DNA of 36,226 bases from Patescibacteria group bacterium (GTDB lineage Bacteria > Patescibacteriota > Microgenomatia > Levybacterales > UBA12049). The notes under the pieces were generated by a model. That model did not search any database. It had not been told where the DNA came from and saw only the letters and a program-made list of their open reading frames with translations. The stretch lies in assembly GCA_035260725.1 (NCBI GenBank), contig DATFUR010000010.1, positions 1 through 36,226 on the forward strand. Reading direction: 5' to 3'. Made by a program: the position numbers and the translations under genes. The number at the start of each line of letters is the position of its first letter. Position 1 is the stretch's first letter. This document shows positions 15,250 to 25,171 of the stretch, one piece after another.

Positions 15250-15857
15250 TGACTGAAAAATGTTTTTCCTTTTAAAGTTAACTGCAAGGAATTAGATGTT
15301 CCTGTCTTTTTGGTTAAAGAAATTATGTCTATTTGTACGATTCTTTGCATGCTCGTCAGGCTAGAGAGAAAATTACTTAAATCATTATAAGATCCGTCGG
15401 CCGTTAAAGCAAAGGAGAAGGAAGAGTATTGCCGCGGATTTTGATTTGTGTTCACATCTACGGGAAAAGTTTGAAGAGTCTCAATTGTTATATTCTGGTT
15501 ACTGGCAATCGCCTGGACAAGGGCTGCAAAAATAGGAACTTCAGGGCTTTTTGGTATTGCGGCAAAAATAATTGGTAAGTCGGGTTGTAAATTTGCGTAT
15601 TTTTGTTGCAAAGCCGTCAGATTAGCTATTTTTTGTCCAAGCTTTTCGTCTATAAATTTATTATCTTCGAGTTTTTTATTGAGCTCGGCAATGGTCGAGA
15701 GAGTTGGATTTATAGCAAAAAGTCCGAAAAAAGATAGTGCGAAAAATGTCAGAATAAGAGTTGTAAATTTTTGCGTTCTTTCTCCTTTTAAATCCGGCAA
15801 AAATTGAAAATATTTAATTCTCGCTGCGTTAAATGAATCTTTGTTTAGTAATTTCAT
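15246..15857 (-). CDS. PilO-like type IV pilus assembly (alignment subcomplex) protein
   Basis: It has a short cytoplasmic N-terminus, one TM helix and a coiled coil (IAELNKKLEDNKFIDEKLGQKIANLTALQQKY). This is followed by IPKSPEVPIFAALVQAIASNQNITIETL and an alpha/beta C-domain, which is PilO architecture. The call rests on pattern, not a profile search. Confidence 0.55.
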   Translation of the reverse strand: MKLLNKDSFNAARIKYFQFLPDLKGERTQKFTTLILTFFALSFFGLFAINPTLSTIAELNKKLEDNKFIDEKLGQKIANLTALQQKYANLQPDLPIIFAAIPKSPEVPIFAALVQAIASNQNITIETLQTFPVDVNTNQNPRQYSSFSFALTADGSYNDLSNFLSSLTSMQRIVQIDIISLTKKTGTSNSLQLTLKGKTFFSQ

Positions 15858-16396
15858 GGTTGTTGTTTTAACAGCGCCGTTATACTTACGTTTATTAACG
15901 CGGAAGAAGGTCTGGTTTCTATCTTGTCTACTATAACGCTTGCAATTCTTGGATAATTTTTTAGGGAATTCACCAAGTCGGATAAAGGAGACACGGAGGC
16001 GGTATTTGCATCTATTCTTAGTCTATCTTCTTGAATAGTTATGTTATTAAAATTAACTCCAGAAGGAGTAAAAGCCAGGACATCCTTTAATATGGTTACT
16101 TTCTCTTTTCCTTTTTTGGAAAAAGTTGATGACAAAGCGAGACGATTCTGTAAATTTCTATAAGTCTCCTCATTTGTCTTTAAATAGCTTACAACTGCCT
16201 GTTCTTGCTTTATTTTTGCGTGAATGTCTATTAGTTGTCTATCCAGGGAAAATCTGTACAAAAAAGCACCCAGCGCTATTGCTTCGGTTAAAATTACAAC
16301 TACCCTTCCAACAGAAAGAGCCCAGTTTACGAATCTGTCTAAATAGCTTCCTCCGCTATTTTTGAGTAAATTTATGGCCGGGGATTTCCTCACCAT
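15854..16396 (-). CDS. PilN-like type IV pilus assembly protein
   Basis: An N-terminal AINLLK (the PilN INLL(P) PilM-binding motif) is followed by a TM helix, a coiled coil and a C-terminal alpha/beta domain. The size (180 aa) is typical. Confidence 0.6.
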   Translation of the reverse strand: MVRKSPAINLLKNSGGSYLDRFVNWALSVGRVVVILTEAIALGAFLYRFSLDRQLIDIHAKIKQEQAVVSYLKTNEETYRNLQNRLALSSTFSKKGKEKVTILKDVLAFTPSGVNFNNITIQEDRLRIDANTASVSPLSDLVNSLKNYPRIASVIVDKIETRPSSALINVSITALLKQQP

Positions 16397-16402
16397 AAAT
16401 TT

Positions 16403-16431
16403 AGTCTAAGGATTTTTGGACTCTTTGTCAA
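16403..16431 (-). promoter_or_regulatory. promoter TTGACA-17 nt-TAGACT, with the -10 box ending 6 nt before the pilN-like ATG
   Basis: On the minus strand, TTGACA lies at 16431->16426 and TAGACT at 16408->16403, followed by AAATTT and ATG at 16396. It sits in the 48-nt gap after rpsT. Confidence 0.5.
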
Positions 16432-16444
16432 AAAATTCTGGAGG

Positions 16445-16738
16445 CTATTTGGCTTTGCTTTTCGTTTGGGACTTTGGAGTCCTTTTGACAACGGTTTTAG
16501 ACGTGTTTTTAATAAGTTTTGAGAGATTGGATTTTAATCTCGCAGCTTTGTTTTTGTGTATTAAATGTTTTTTGGCTAATTTATCTACTGCAGCTGTTGC
16601 TTTAGAAACATTTAGCGTATTTGGTGTTTTTCTAGCAAGTTTTAACAGCTTTTTTAAAAGGAGGCGCGACTTATTGTTATTTTTTTCTCTTTTTTTGTCT
16701 TGTCTTAGCTTTTTCTTCGCAGATTTTATAACTGGCAT
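16445..16738 (-). CDS. rpsT: 30S ribosomal protein S20
   Basis: MPVIKSAKKKLRQDKKR... is a highly basic 97-aa protein with the S20 N-terminal signature and the KAARLKS motif. Confidence 0.9.
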   Translation of the reverse strand: MPVIKSAKKKLRQDKKREKNNNKSRLLLKKLLKLARKTPNTLNVSKATAAVDKLAKKHLIHKNKAARLKSNLSKLIKNTSKTVVKRTPKSQTKSKAK

Positions 16739-16744
16739 GTGCGC

Positions 16745-16762
16745 ATTTTAGCATGCTATACT
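16745..16762. promoter_or_regulatory. back-to-back extended -10 elements for rpsT (minus) and murJ (plus), sharing the palindrome TAGCATGCTA
   Basis: On the minus strand, TGC-TAAAAT (16753->16745) lies 6 nt before the rpsT ATG at 16738. On the plus strand, TGC-TATACT (16754-16762) lies 13 nt before the murJ ATG at 16776. The 10-bp perfect palindrome spans 16749-16758. Confidence 0.45.
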
Positions 16763-16775
16763 GTAAAAGACAAAT

Positions 16776-18431
16776 ATGGGTAATATTTTCAAAAAAGGCC
16801 TCTCTATTCTTCTAAAAAAACAAAGCAATATCCTCTCGGCCGCTTTTGTTATTGCAACAACGATCATAATCTCTCAAATATTAGGCCTAATCAGACAGAG
16901 ATTGTTGGTTAGTATTTTCGGCGCTTCTGATACTTTGGGAATTTATCTTGCTTCTTCGCGTCTTCCCGATTTTTTGTTCCAAGTTATAATAGCAGGTGCT
17001 TTGTCTTCCGCTTTTATTCCGATCTTTTCCGAATATTTGGGTAAAGAGAAATACGAAGAAGCAAATAGGCTTGGATCTTCTCTTCTGTCTTTAGGACTTT
17101 TCTTATTTCTTATTTTAGGAGTAATTCTTTTTGTTTTTGCAAATCAATTTTCAATGCTTGTTGCTCCCGGATTTTCCAAAACTCAAATAGACCTTATGGC
17201 TTATCTGACAAGAATAATAATTGCCGGAGAACTTCTTTTTATAATAGGAAGTTTCTTTTCCGCAGTTTTGCAATCGTACAATCATTTTTTTATTCCGGGA
17301 ATCGCATCCGCTTTATATAACCTTGGAATAATTCTAGGAATAAAATTTCTTTCTCCCATTTTTGGAGTTGCTTCTGCCGCTTATGGGGTTGTTTTGGGAG
17401 CCTCGATTTTTGCATTGATACAGCTGCCTCTTGTTAGAAGAGTAGGCTTTTCTTTTAAACCGGTTATTTCATTTAAAGAAAGGGGAGTTATGGAAGTCTT
17501 CAAATTAATGGTTCCAAGAACGTTGTCGATTGGAGTTTTCCAGTTGGGAACACTTTTAATAGTTACTCTGATTTCTTTTTTACCCTCACCCGGACGAAGT
17601 TATGTAATTTTTGATTATGCTCAAACTCTTGCCTTTGCCCCCGTTGTTCTTTTTGGTCAGGCAATAGCACAAGCGGCATTTCCTGTTTTGGCTCGGGAAA
17701 AAGACAGACTTTCCGATTTTAAAACAACTTTTATAACAAGCTTTAATCAAATGCTTTATTTGGTTTTGCCAATCTCGGTACTTTTTTTGATTTTGAGAAT
17801 TCCCATTGTACGTCTCATTTATGGAGCTTCTCAATTTGATTGGCCAGCTACGGTTTTAACAGGAAGAACTCTGGCTTTTTTTAGTATTTCGATTTTTGCC
17901 CAGTCGCTTTCGTATCTAATTGCCCGCGGATTTTATGCCTTGCACGACACTAAAACCCCTCTTATTGTTGGAACCGTTACCACAATTTTTATGCTACTCA
18001 TGGGAGCTTTATTTATTTTTGTAAATCATATGGGAGTAGAGAGTATTGCGATTGCCTTTTCTATTGCAACAATTGCCAATATTTTTATCTCTTTTGCCTT
18101 TTTGGACAGAAAAGTTGGAGGGTTTGATAAAAGAACTCTATTTTTATCTTTAGGAAAAATTGCAACAGCCACTGCTTTTACAGGGCTAGCGTTGTATGTC
18201 CCGATAAAGCTTTTGGATCAATTGGTTTTTGATACCACAAAAACTATAAATTTATTATTTTTAACAGGCATTGCGTCTTTCGCCGGTTTGTCGTTGTACC
18301 TTTTTCTTACATGGCTTTTTAATGTAAAAGAAGCTACGATTTTTCTGTTTCTTTTTAGGAAAGTAGGAGATTGGAGGCAAGTTCTTGGCAAATCAGAAGA
18401 GGCAATAGACGGAACGCGCCTAAATCCATGA
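16776..18431 (+). CDS. murJ: lipid II flippase MurJ (MviN family)
   Basis: ISQILGLIRQRLLVSIFGASDTLGIYLASSRLPDFLFQVIIAGALSSAFIPIFS is the MurJ N-terminal signature. It is a 14-TM MOP-superfamily protein of 551 aa. Confidence 0.9.
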   Translation: MGNIFKKGLSILLKKQSNILSAAFVIATTIIISQILGLIRQRLLVSIFGASDTLGIYLASSRLPDFLFQVIIAGALSSAFIPIFSEYLGKEKYEEANRLGSSLLSLGLFLFLILGVILFVFANQFSMLVAPGFSKTQIDLMAYLTRIIIAGELLFIIGSFFSAVLQSYNHFFIPGIASALYNLGIILGIKFLSPIFGVASAAYGVVLGASIFALIQLPLVRRVGFSFKPVISFKERGVMEVFKLMVPRTLSIGVFQLGTLLIVTLISFLPSPGRSYVIFDYAQTLAFAPVVLFGQAIAQAAFPVLAREKDRLSDFKTTFITSFNQMLYLVLPISVLFLILRIPIVRLIYGASQFDWPATVLTGRTLAFFSISIFAQSLSYLIARGFYALHDTKTPLIVGTVTTIFMLLMGALFIFVNHMGVESIAIAFSIATIANIFISFAFLDRKVGGFDKRTLFLSLGKIATATAFTGLALYVPIKLLDQLVFDTTKTINLLFLTGIASFAGLSLYLFLTWLFNVKEATIFLFLFRKVGDWRQVLGKSEEAIDGTRLNP

Positions 18432-18437
18432 TAGAAT
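18429..18437 (+). promoter_or_regulatory. possible extended -10 element TGA-TAGAAT, 6 nt before the ddl ATG
   Basis: TAGAAT lies at 18432-18437. The TGA at 18429-18431 is also the murJ stop codon. The ddl ATG is at 18444. Confidence 0.35.
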
Positions 18438-18443
18438 ACATGA

Positions 18444-19340
18444 ATGAAAATATTGGTTTTGGGTGGAGGAAATTCTCCGGAGAAAGAAGTTTCACTTAGA
18501 TCCGCAAATAATGTTCAGACAGCATTAATAAAAGTAGGCTTCGAGGTTATTTTTTATGATCCAGAAAGTGGAGCTGATGAACTTCTAAACTTGGCAAGAT
18601 CCTGCGATTTAGTTTTTCCAATTCTTCACGGGGTAGGAGGAGAAGATGGAACACTGCAAAAAATCTTTGAAGAGAAAGATATTAAATTTTTGGGGAGTAA
18701 ATCAGAAGTTTGTGAAAATACTTTAGACAAGTCAAAATTCTACGAAATTTGTCGAGAGAATAATATAAAGATTCCAAAAACAGAAGTTGTCGATAAAAGT
18801 TCATTTATAAATTCTCATATTTCAAAAGAATCTTTTGTCTTGAAACCGATAAATGGAGGTTCGGCTATTGACACTTTTATCCAAAGAACACTTCTTCCCG
18901 ACTTTTCAATATTCAATAAATTATTCGAGAAGTATGGAAATATGATTTTGCAGGAGCTGATTGCAGGGATTGAAGTAACAGATGGAATATTAGGTGACAA
19001 AGTTTTGCCTATTGTTGAGATTATTCCGCCTCTTGGAGAAGAGTTTGATTTTGAAAACAGATATAATGGTAAGTCTAAAGAGTTTTGCCCCCCGAAAAAT
19101 ATAGATGGTAGGGTTCAAAATAAAATTCAAACGATAGCGTTAAAAGTTCACAAAGCATTGGGAGCAAGGCATTTATCTAGAGTAGATATGGTTGTTGGAA
19201 GCGATGGAATTTACGTGCTCGAATTAAATTCGATTCCGGGCTTAACTAAAATGTCATTATTTCCAAAGGAAGCAGAAGCAACGGGATTATCGATGGAAGA
19301 TTTGGTAAAAGAATTTGTGAGGTTGACTCAAAATGGATAA
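18444..19340 (+). CDS. ddl: D-alanine--D-alanine ligase
   Basis: FPILHGVGGEDGTLQ, an ATP-grasp core, and RVDMVVGSDGIYVLELNSIPGLT are present. Confidence 0.9.
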   Translation: MKILVLGGGNSPEKEVSLRSANNVQTALIKVGFEVIFYDPESGADELLNLARSCDLVFPILHGVGGEDGTLQKIFEEKDIKFLGSKSEVCENTLDKSKFYEICRENNIKIPKTEVVDKSSFINSHISKESFVLKPINGGSAIDTFIQRTLLPDFSIFNKLFEKYGNMILQELIAGIEVTDGILGDKVLPIVEIIPPLGEEFDFENRYNGKSKEFCPPKNIDGRVQNKIQTIALKVHKALGARHLSRVDMVVGSDGIYVLELNSIPGLTKMSLFPKEAEATGLSMEDLVKEFVRLTQNG

Positions 19341-21051
19341 AATTAGAAACTTTGCGATTGTTGCGCATATTGATCACGGAAAATCAACGCTTGCGGATAG
19401 GCTTTTGGAATTAACGAAAACTGTTCAAGCTTCTCAAATGAAAGAGCAGTTTCTCGACCAAAATCCAATTTCTAGAGAGCGGGGAATTACAATAAAACTT
19501 GCTCCTGTTCGCATGAACTACATTCTTAATTCTGAATTATACATTCTTAATTTAATAGATACCCCCGGCCATATTGATTTTTCTTACGAAGTATCCCGAA
19601 CGCTTGCTTGCTGTGAGGGAGTAGTGCTTTTGGTCGATGCGACTCAAGGAGTTCAAGCACAAACGGTCGCTCATTTTCAAACCGCTAGGGAGCAAAATTT
19701 AGCAATAATTCCCGTTATTAATAAAATAGATATGGATATTGCAAAAGTTGAGGAAACTGAAAATCAAATGGTTGAGCTGTTCGGATTTAATAGAGAAGAG
19801 ATTTTAAAAATTTCCGCCAAAACTGGTCAGGGAGTAAAAGAATTATTAGACCGGGTGATTTTAAAAATTCCCGCTCCAAAAAGTTCAATGGAAAATATTT
19901 TTAGAGCGTTGGTGTTTGATGCCGTTTATGATGACCATAGAGGAGTTGTCGCTTTTGTCAGAGTTTTTGATGGAAAAGTAAAAAGACAAGAGAGAATACA
20001 ATTTTTCCAAAGTGATGGACGGCCGATTGTTTCGGAAGTGGGTTATTTTTCTCCAAATCTAATACCAAAGGAGGATTTAACGACAGGTGAGATAGGTTAT
20101 GTTGTAACGGGCGTTAAAGACATAAGATTGGTTAGGGTTGGAGACACTATTACCACTCAAGGTTCAAAAACCACACCCTTACCGGGTTATAAAAATCCGG
20201 TCCCCATGGTATTTTTTGGAGTTTATCCTAAATCATCAAGTGATTTTGGAAGGCTGAAAGAGGCTTTAAATAAGCTTTCTTTAAATGATGCATCTTTGAC
20301 AATTGATTCGGAGTACTCATCTTTTCTGGGATCGGGTTTTAGAGTAGGATTTTTGGGTTTACTCCACGCGGAGATTGTAAAGGAAAGAATAAAGCAAGAA
20401 TCGGGAATTGATCCGCTTTTAACTCGTCCTCAAGTTCTCTACAAAAAAGAGGGAGACAAAACCTTGGAGCCGTATATGAAACTTACAATCTATGCACCGA
20501 AAGATTATGTCGGGCCGCTAATGAATATATGTGAGAAAAAAAGAGGAAATCTAATAAATATAATTTATCAAGACAGAAACGCAATTTTATATTACGACAT
20601 GCCGTATAGTTGTTTACTCGCTAATTTGACGTCGGATATAAAAAGTATCTCATCAGGATTTGCCAGCATAGACTACGAAATAACAGGATATAAAGAGGCA
20701 GATTTGGTCAATTTGGAAATTTTTGTTAATGACATATCTATAGATGTTTTGTCAGAAACAGTTTATAAAGACGAAGCAAACGCCGTTGCCCGCGACAAGA
20801 CGGAAAAATTAAAAGAACTTTTACCAAGACAGCAATATAGGCAAATTATCCAGGCAAAAGTAACGGGTAAGATATTGGCCCGTACGGAAATTTCACCATT
20901 TAGAAAAGATGTTTTGGCAAAAATGTCTGGAGGAGACCGAACAAGAAAAGATAAACTTTTAAAAAAACAAAAAAAGGGAAAAGAAAGAATGCAGTCCCAG
21001 GCAAAAATTGATATTCCTCAAAAGGCGCTTTTTGATCTCCTGGAGAGTTAG
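19333..21051 (+). CDS. lepA: translation elongation factor 4 (LepA)
   Basis: IRNFAIVAHIDHGKSTLADRLLE, DTPGHIDFSYEV and NKIDM G-motifs are present, together with the LepA-specific C-terminal domain (RQQYRQIIQA...PFRKDVLAK..GGDRTRK.KLL). Confidence 0.95.
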   Translation: MDKIRNFAIVAHIDHGKSTLADRLLELTKTVQASQMKEQFLDQNPISRERGITIKLAPVRMNYILNSELYILNLIDTPGHIDFSYEVSRTLACCEGVVLLVDATQGVQAQTVAHFQTAREQNLAIIPVINKIDMDIAKVEETENQMVELFGFNREEILKISAKTGQGVKELLDRVILKIPAPKSSMENIFRALVFDAVYDDHRGVVAFVRVFDGKVKRQERIQFFQSDGRPIVSEVGYFSPNLIPKEDLTTGEIGYVVTGVKDIRLVRVGDTITTQGSKTTPLPGYKNPVPMVFFGVYPKSSSDFGRLKEALNKLSLNDASLTIDSEYSSFLGSGFRVGFLGLLHAEIVKERIKQESGIDPLLTRPQVLYKKEGDKTLEPYMKLTIYAPKDYVGPLMNICEKKRGNLINIIYQDRNAILYYDMPYSCLLANLTSDIKSISSGFASIDYEITGYKEADLVNLEIFVNDISIDVLSETVYKDEANAVARDKTEKLKELLPRQQYRQIIQAKVTGKILARTEISPFRKDVLAKMSGGDRTRKDKLLKKQKKGKERMQSQAKIDIPQKALFDLLES

Positions 21052-22190
21052 AGTGCAAGAAGAATAATAGCACCAATTATTGTAGATATTATTCCCAGCG
21101 CCCCAACAGATAGAAATTTATCACCCGGACCCGTCGGAGCCAAAGTTGGTTTAGGAATTGGAGTTGCAATTGGCGTCGCAAACACGACGGGTGTTGCAGA
21201 TGGGGTCGCCGAACGGGCTACGGTAACGGTTTGAGTAGTAGTGGACGCTCCGCCTGTTGCGGCGTTTACTGTTATTGTTTGAGTGCACGAACCATTGCTT
21301 ACTCCACTTTGGTTATCGGTTAGTATTGCCTTTGCGGTAAAAGTTCCCGGATTATTGTATTGGTGCGATGATTGGACATTCACCGAAGCAGTTCCAATTC
21401 CTCCTCCTGTTGTAACGTCAGTTGTCCCTCCGTCTCCAAATTGGAAAGTAACTTTACTAATGGTGCCGTCCGGATCGTTTCCCACTGCGGTAAAAGTAAG
21501 AGCATAAGGAGCAGTCCCTGTGGCAGAACGGTCAATTACTAAACTGGTGCAGACAGGAACTTTATTTGAAGATGTAGTCCCAGCTCCAGCCGGAACGGTA
21601 CTCGCTGGAGGAGAAGCAGCTAGACTTCCTGTGATTGTTATATTCGCAGGTTGCGAGCTTGCCAAAACATTTTCGTTAAACTGGTCGGCTGTTCCAATCG
21701 ATAAAACTTGTGTTTGTGGATCAGGCTCGTACTTTATTATAGAAGGAGTTGTTCCTGTTGAGTCCAAAGCTTTGAAGGTAACAGTTGCAACTTTTTGGAG
21801 AGTAGAAATTGCATTTAGTGGATTTGATCCTACCGAAAGCGTAACGTCAATGCTATTTGAAGTATACGTAGGTCCCTGAAGTGGAGCACCCGAAAAGATT
21901 GAGCTATTTGGTACAAGCCCTGCACCGGCAGTGGAGACTTTTGTTGAGTCATAAGTTATTTTTAATTTTACAAAAGAAACCTGGTTAGTTCCGGGATTTA
22001 TCATTACGTCTTCGGAAAACTGCTGGCCTGCGGTTGTGGATACGGTAGCCGGCGTAAAGGACAAGACTGCAGAAGGAGCGGCACCCACTTTTAGCTTTTG
22101 CTGCTGCCCAACCAAATAGACTGTGAGGGGGATCACAATTAGGAGTACAACAATAAATCCAAGCAGCAATAATTTCTTGCCGGACAGCAT
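21048..22190 (-). CDS. surface protein with a cohesin-like domain, a PKD domain and a C-terminal LAPTG sorting signal
   Basis: It has an N-terminal TM/signal segment. A cohesin-like segment follows (LSFTPATVSTTAGQQFSEDVMINPGTNQVSFVKLKITYD), then a PKD domain (NDPDGTISKVTFQFGDGGTT...HQYNNPGTFTAKAILTDNQSG). It ends with a Pro/Thr linker and LAPTG (21143->21129) plus a hydrophobic tail. Confidence 0.75.
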   Translation of the reverse strand: MLSGKKLLLLGFIVVLLIVIPLTVYLVGQQQKLKVGAAPSAVLSFTPATVSTTAGQQFSEDVMINPGTNQVSFVKLKITYDSTKVSTAGAGLVPNSSIFSGAPLQGPTYTSNSIDVTLSVGSNPLNAISTLQKVATVTFKALDSTGTTPSIIKYEPDPQTQVLSIGTADQFNENVLASSQPANITITGSLAASPPASTVPAGAGTTSSNKVPVCTSLVIDRSATGTAPYALTFTAVGNDPDGTISKVTFQFGDGGTTDVTTGGGIGTASVNVQSSHQYNNPGTFTAKAILTDNQSGVSNGSCTQTITVNAATGGASTTTQTVTVARSATPSATPVVFATPIATPIPKPTLAPTGPGDKFLSVGALGIISTIIGAIILLAL

Positions 22191-22251
22191 AATTCCATCG
22201 TATAGAAACCTAAGTTGGGTGTCAAGTTAAAGCTTCTTACAAAACTAAGTA

Positions 22252-22280
22252 TTGATATTACACACATTTTTTGGTATAAA
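22252..22280 (+). promoter_or_regulatory. groESL promoter TTGATA-17 nt-TGG-TATAAA
   Basis: TTGATA lies at 22252-22257 and TATAAA at 22275-22280, with TGG at 22272-22274. The CIRCE-like element follows immediately. Confidence 0.55.
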
Positions 22281-22282
22281 TT

Positions 22283-22309
22283 CTAGCAGTCACTTTAAAA
22301 GAGTGATAC
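22283..22309 (+). promoter_or_regulatory. CIRCE-like HrcA operator CTAGCAGTC-N9-GAGTGATAC
   Basis: Each arm matches the canonical TTAGCACTC-N9-GAGTGCTAA in 7/9 positions. The position just after the -10 box of groESL is the classical one, and hrcA is present in the window. Confidence 0.55.
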
Positions 22310-22337
22310 CCGCCTGCATTGCCTGAGGCAAAAGCCG

Positions 22338-22355
<18 letters not shown>
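22309..22355 (+). promoter_or_regulatory. GC-rich nested hairpin followed by a T6 tract in the groES leader (attenuator or RNA-thermometer candidate)
   Basis: CCCGCC (22309-22314) is complementary to GGCGGG (22340-22345). Alternatively, GCCTGC (22312-22317) pairs with GCAGGT (22345-22350). An inner hairpin, TTGCC-TGA-GGCAA (22319-22331), covers the GAGG. A T6 tract lies at 22350-22355. Confidence 0.4.
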
Positions 22356-24300
<1,945 letters not shown>

Positions 24301-24329
24301 TTGTAAATTAGCCTCAATTTTTGTATCAT
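24301..24329 (+). promoter_or_regulatory. possible promoter TTGTAA-17 nt-TATCAT, with the -10 box ending 8 nt before ATG 24338
   Basis: TTGTAA lies at 24301-24306 and TATCAT at 24324-24329. There is no SD before the ATG. Confidence 0.4.
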
Positions 24330-24337
24330 TAGACTCT

Positions 24338-25171
24338 ATGAAAAGGGTTTTTGCTTTCACTCTTCTTGCCTTGGCAACAATAATCGCATTTGGAATAACA
24401 GTTTTCTTATACACCAAAAATTTAGGAAAAGGAGCATTGCAGATAACAAGTGAGCCCAATAGCAAAGTTTATCTGGACGGAAAATTAATTGGTCAAACCC
24501 CTCTTTGCAAATGTGAAGCACAGGACATGATTGACGAGGGAACCTATACGGTGAAACTCGTTACAACAGAGGGTAATTTTCCTGCCTTTGAGCAGAAGAT
24601 TCCAATTAATCCCAAGGTGCTGACGGTAGTTGACAGAACATTTGCGGATAATTCGGGGTCATCGGCCTCCGTTATAAGTTTGTCCAAGCTTGCGGGCAAG
24701 AACGATATTGCTCTTATGGTTATTTCATTTCCCGATAAGGCAAGGGTAATACTTGATGGAGCCGAAATGGGCCAATCGCCTATTTCTATAACGAGTATTA
24801 CCGAATCCGACCACGAACTTAAACTCACAAAGGAAGGTTACAAAGATAAAATAGTCAAAATAAGGACCATAAAAGGATATAAACTTGAATCGGTTCTTTT
24901 CCTTGCGGCAAATCTCACGCAAGCCGGTGCCAATGCAACTGCTTCTGCGTCTGTTAGCGTACCTTCTATTTCCAAAGTTTTAATATTAGACACTCCGACA
25001 GGGTTTCTAAGAGTAAGAAGCGAACCGTCTTTAGCAGGGTCAATAATAGGTCAAGCTTTGCCGGGAGAAAAATATGATTTGCTTGCGGAACAAAACGGTT
25101 GGTTTAAGATAAGACTCTCAAGTGGAAAAGAAGGTTGGGTCAGCAGTCAATACTCTCAAAAACAACCTTAA
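24338..25171 (+). CDS. PEGA-domain (x2) and bacterial SH3-domain envelope protein
   Basis: An N-terminal TM helix is followed by two PEGA-type repeats (LQITSEPNSKVYLDGKLIGQTPL and VISFPDKARVILDGAEMGQSPISI). The C-terminus is SH3b-like (GFLRVRSEPSLAGSIIGQALPGEKYDLLAEQNGWFKIRL..GKEGWV). Confidence 0.8.
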   Translation: MKRVFAFTLLALATIIAFGITVFLYTKNLGKGALQITSEPNSKVYLDGKLIGQTPLCKCEAQDMIDEGTYTVKLVTTEGNFPAFEQKIPINPKVLTVVDRTFADNSGSSASVISLSKLAGKNDIALMVISFPDKARVILDGAEMGQSPISITSITESDHELKLTKEGYKDKIVKIRTIKGYKLESVLFLAANLTQAGANATASASVSVPSISKVLILDTPTGFLRVRSEPSLAGSIIGQALPGEKYDLLAEQNGWFKIRLSSGKEGWVSSQYSQKQP

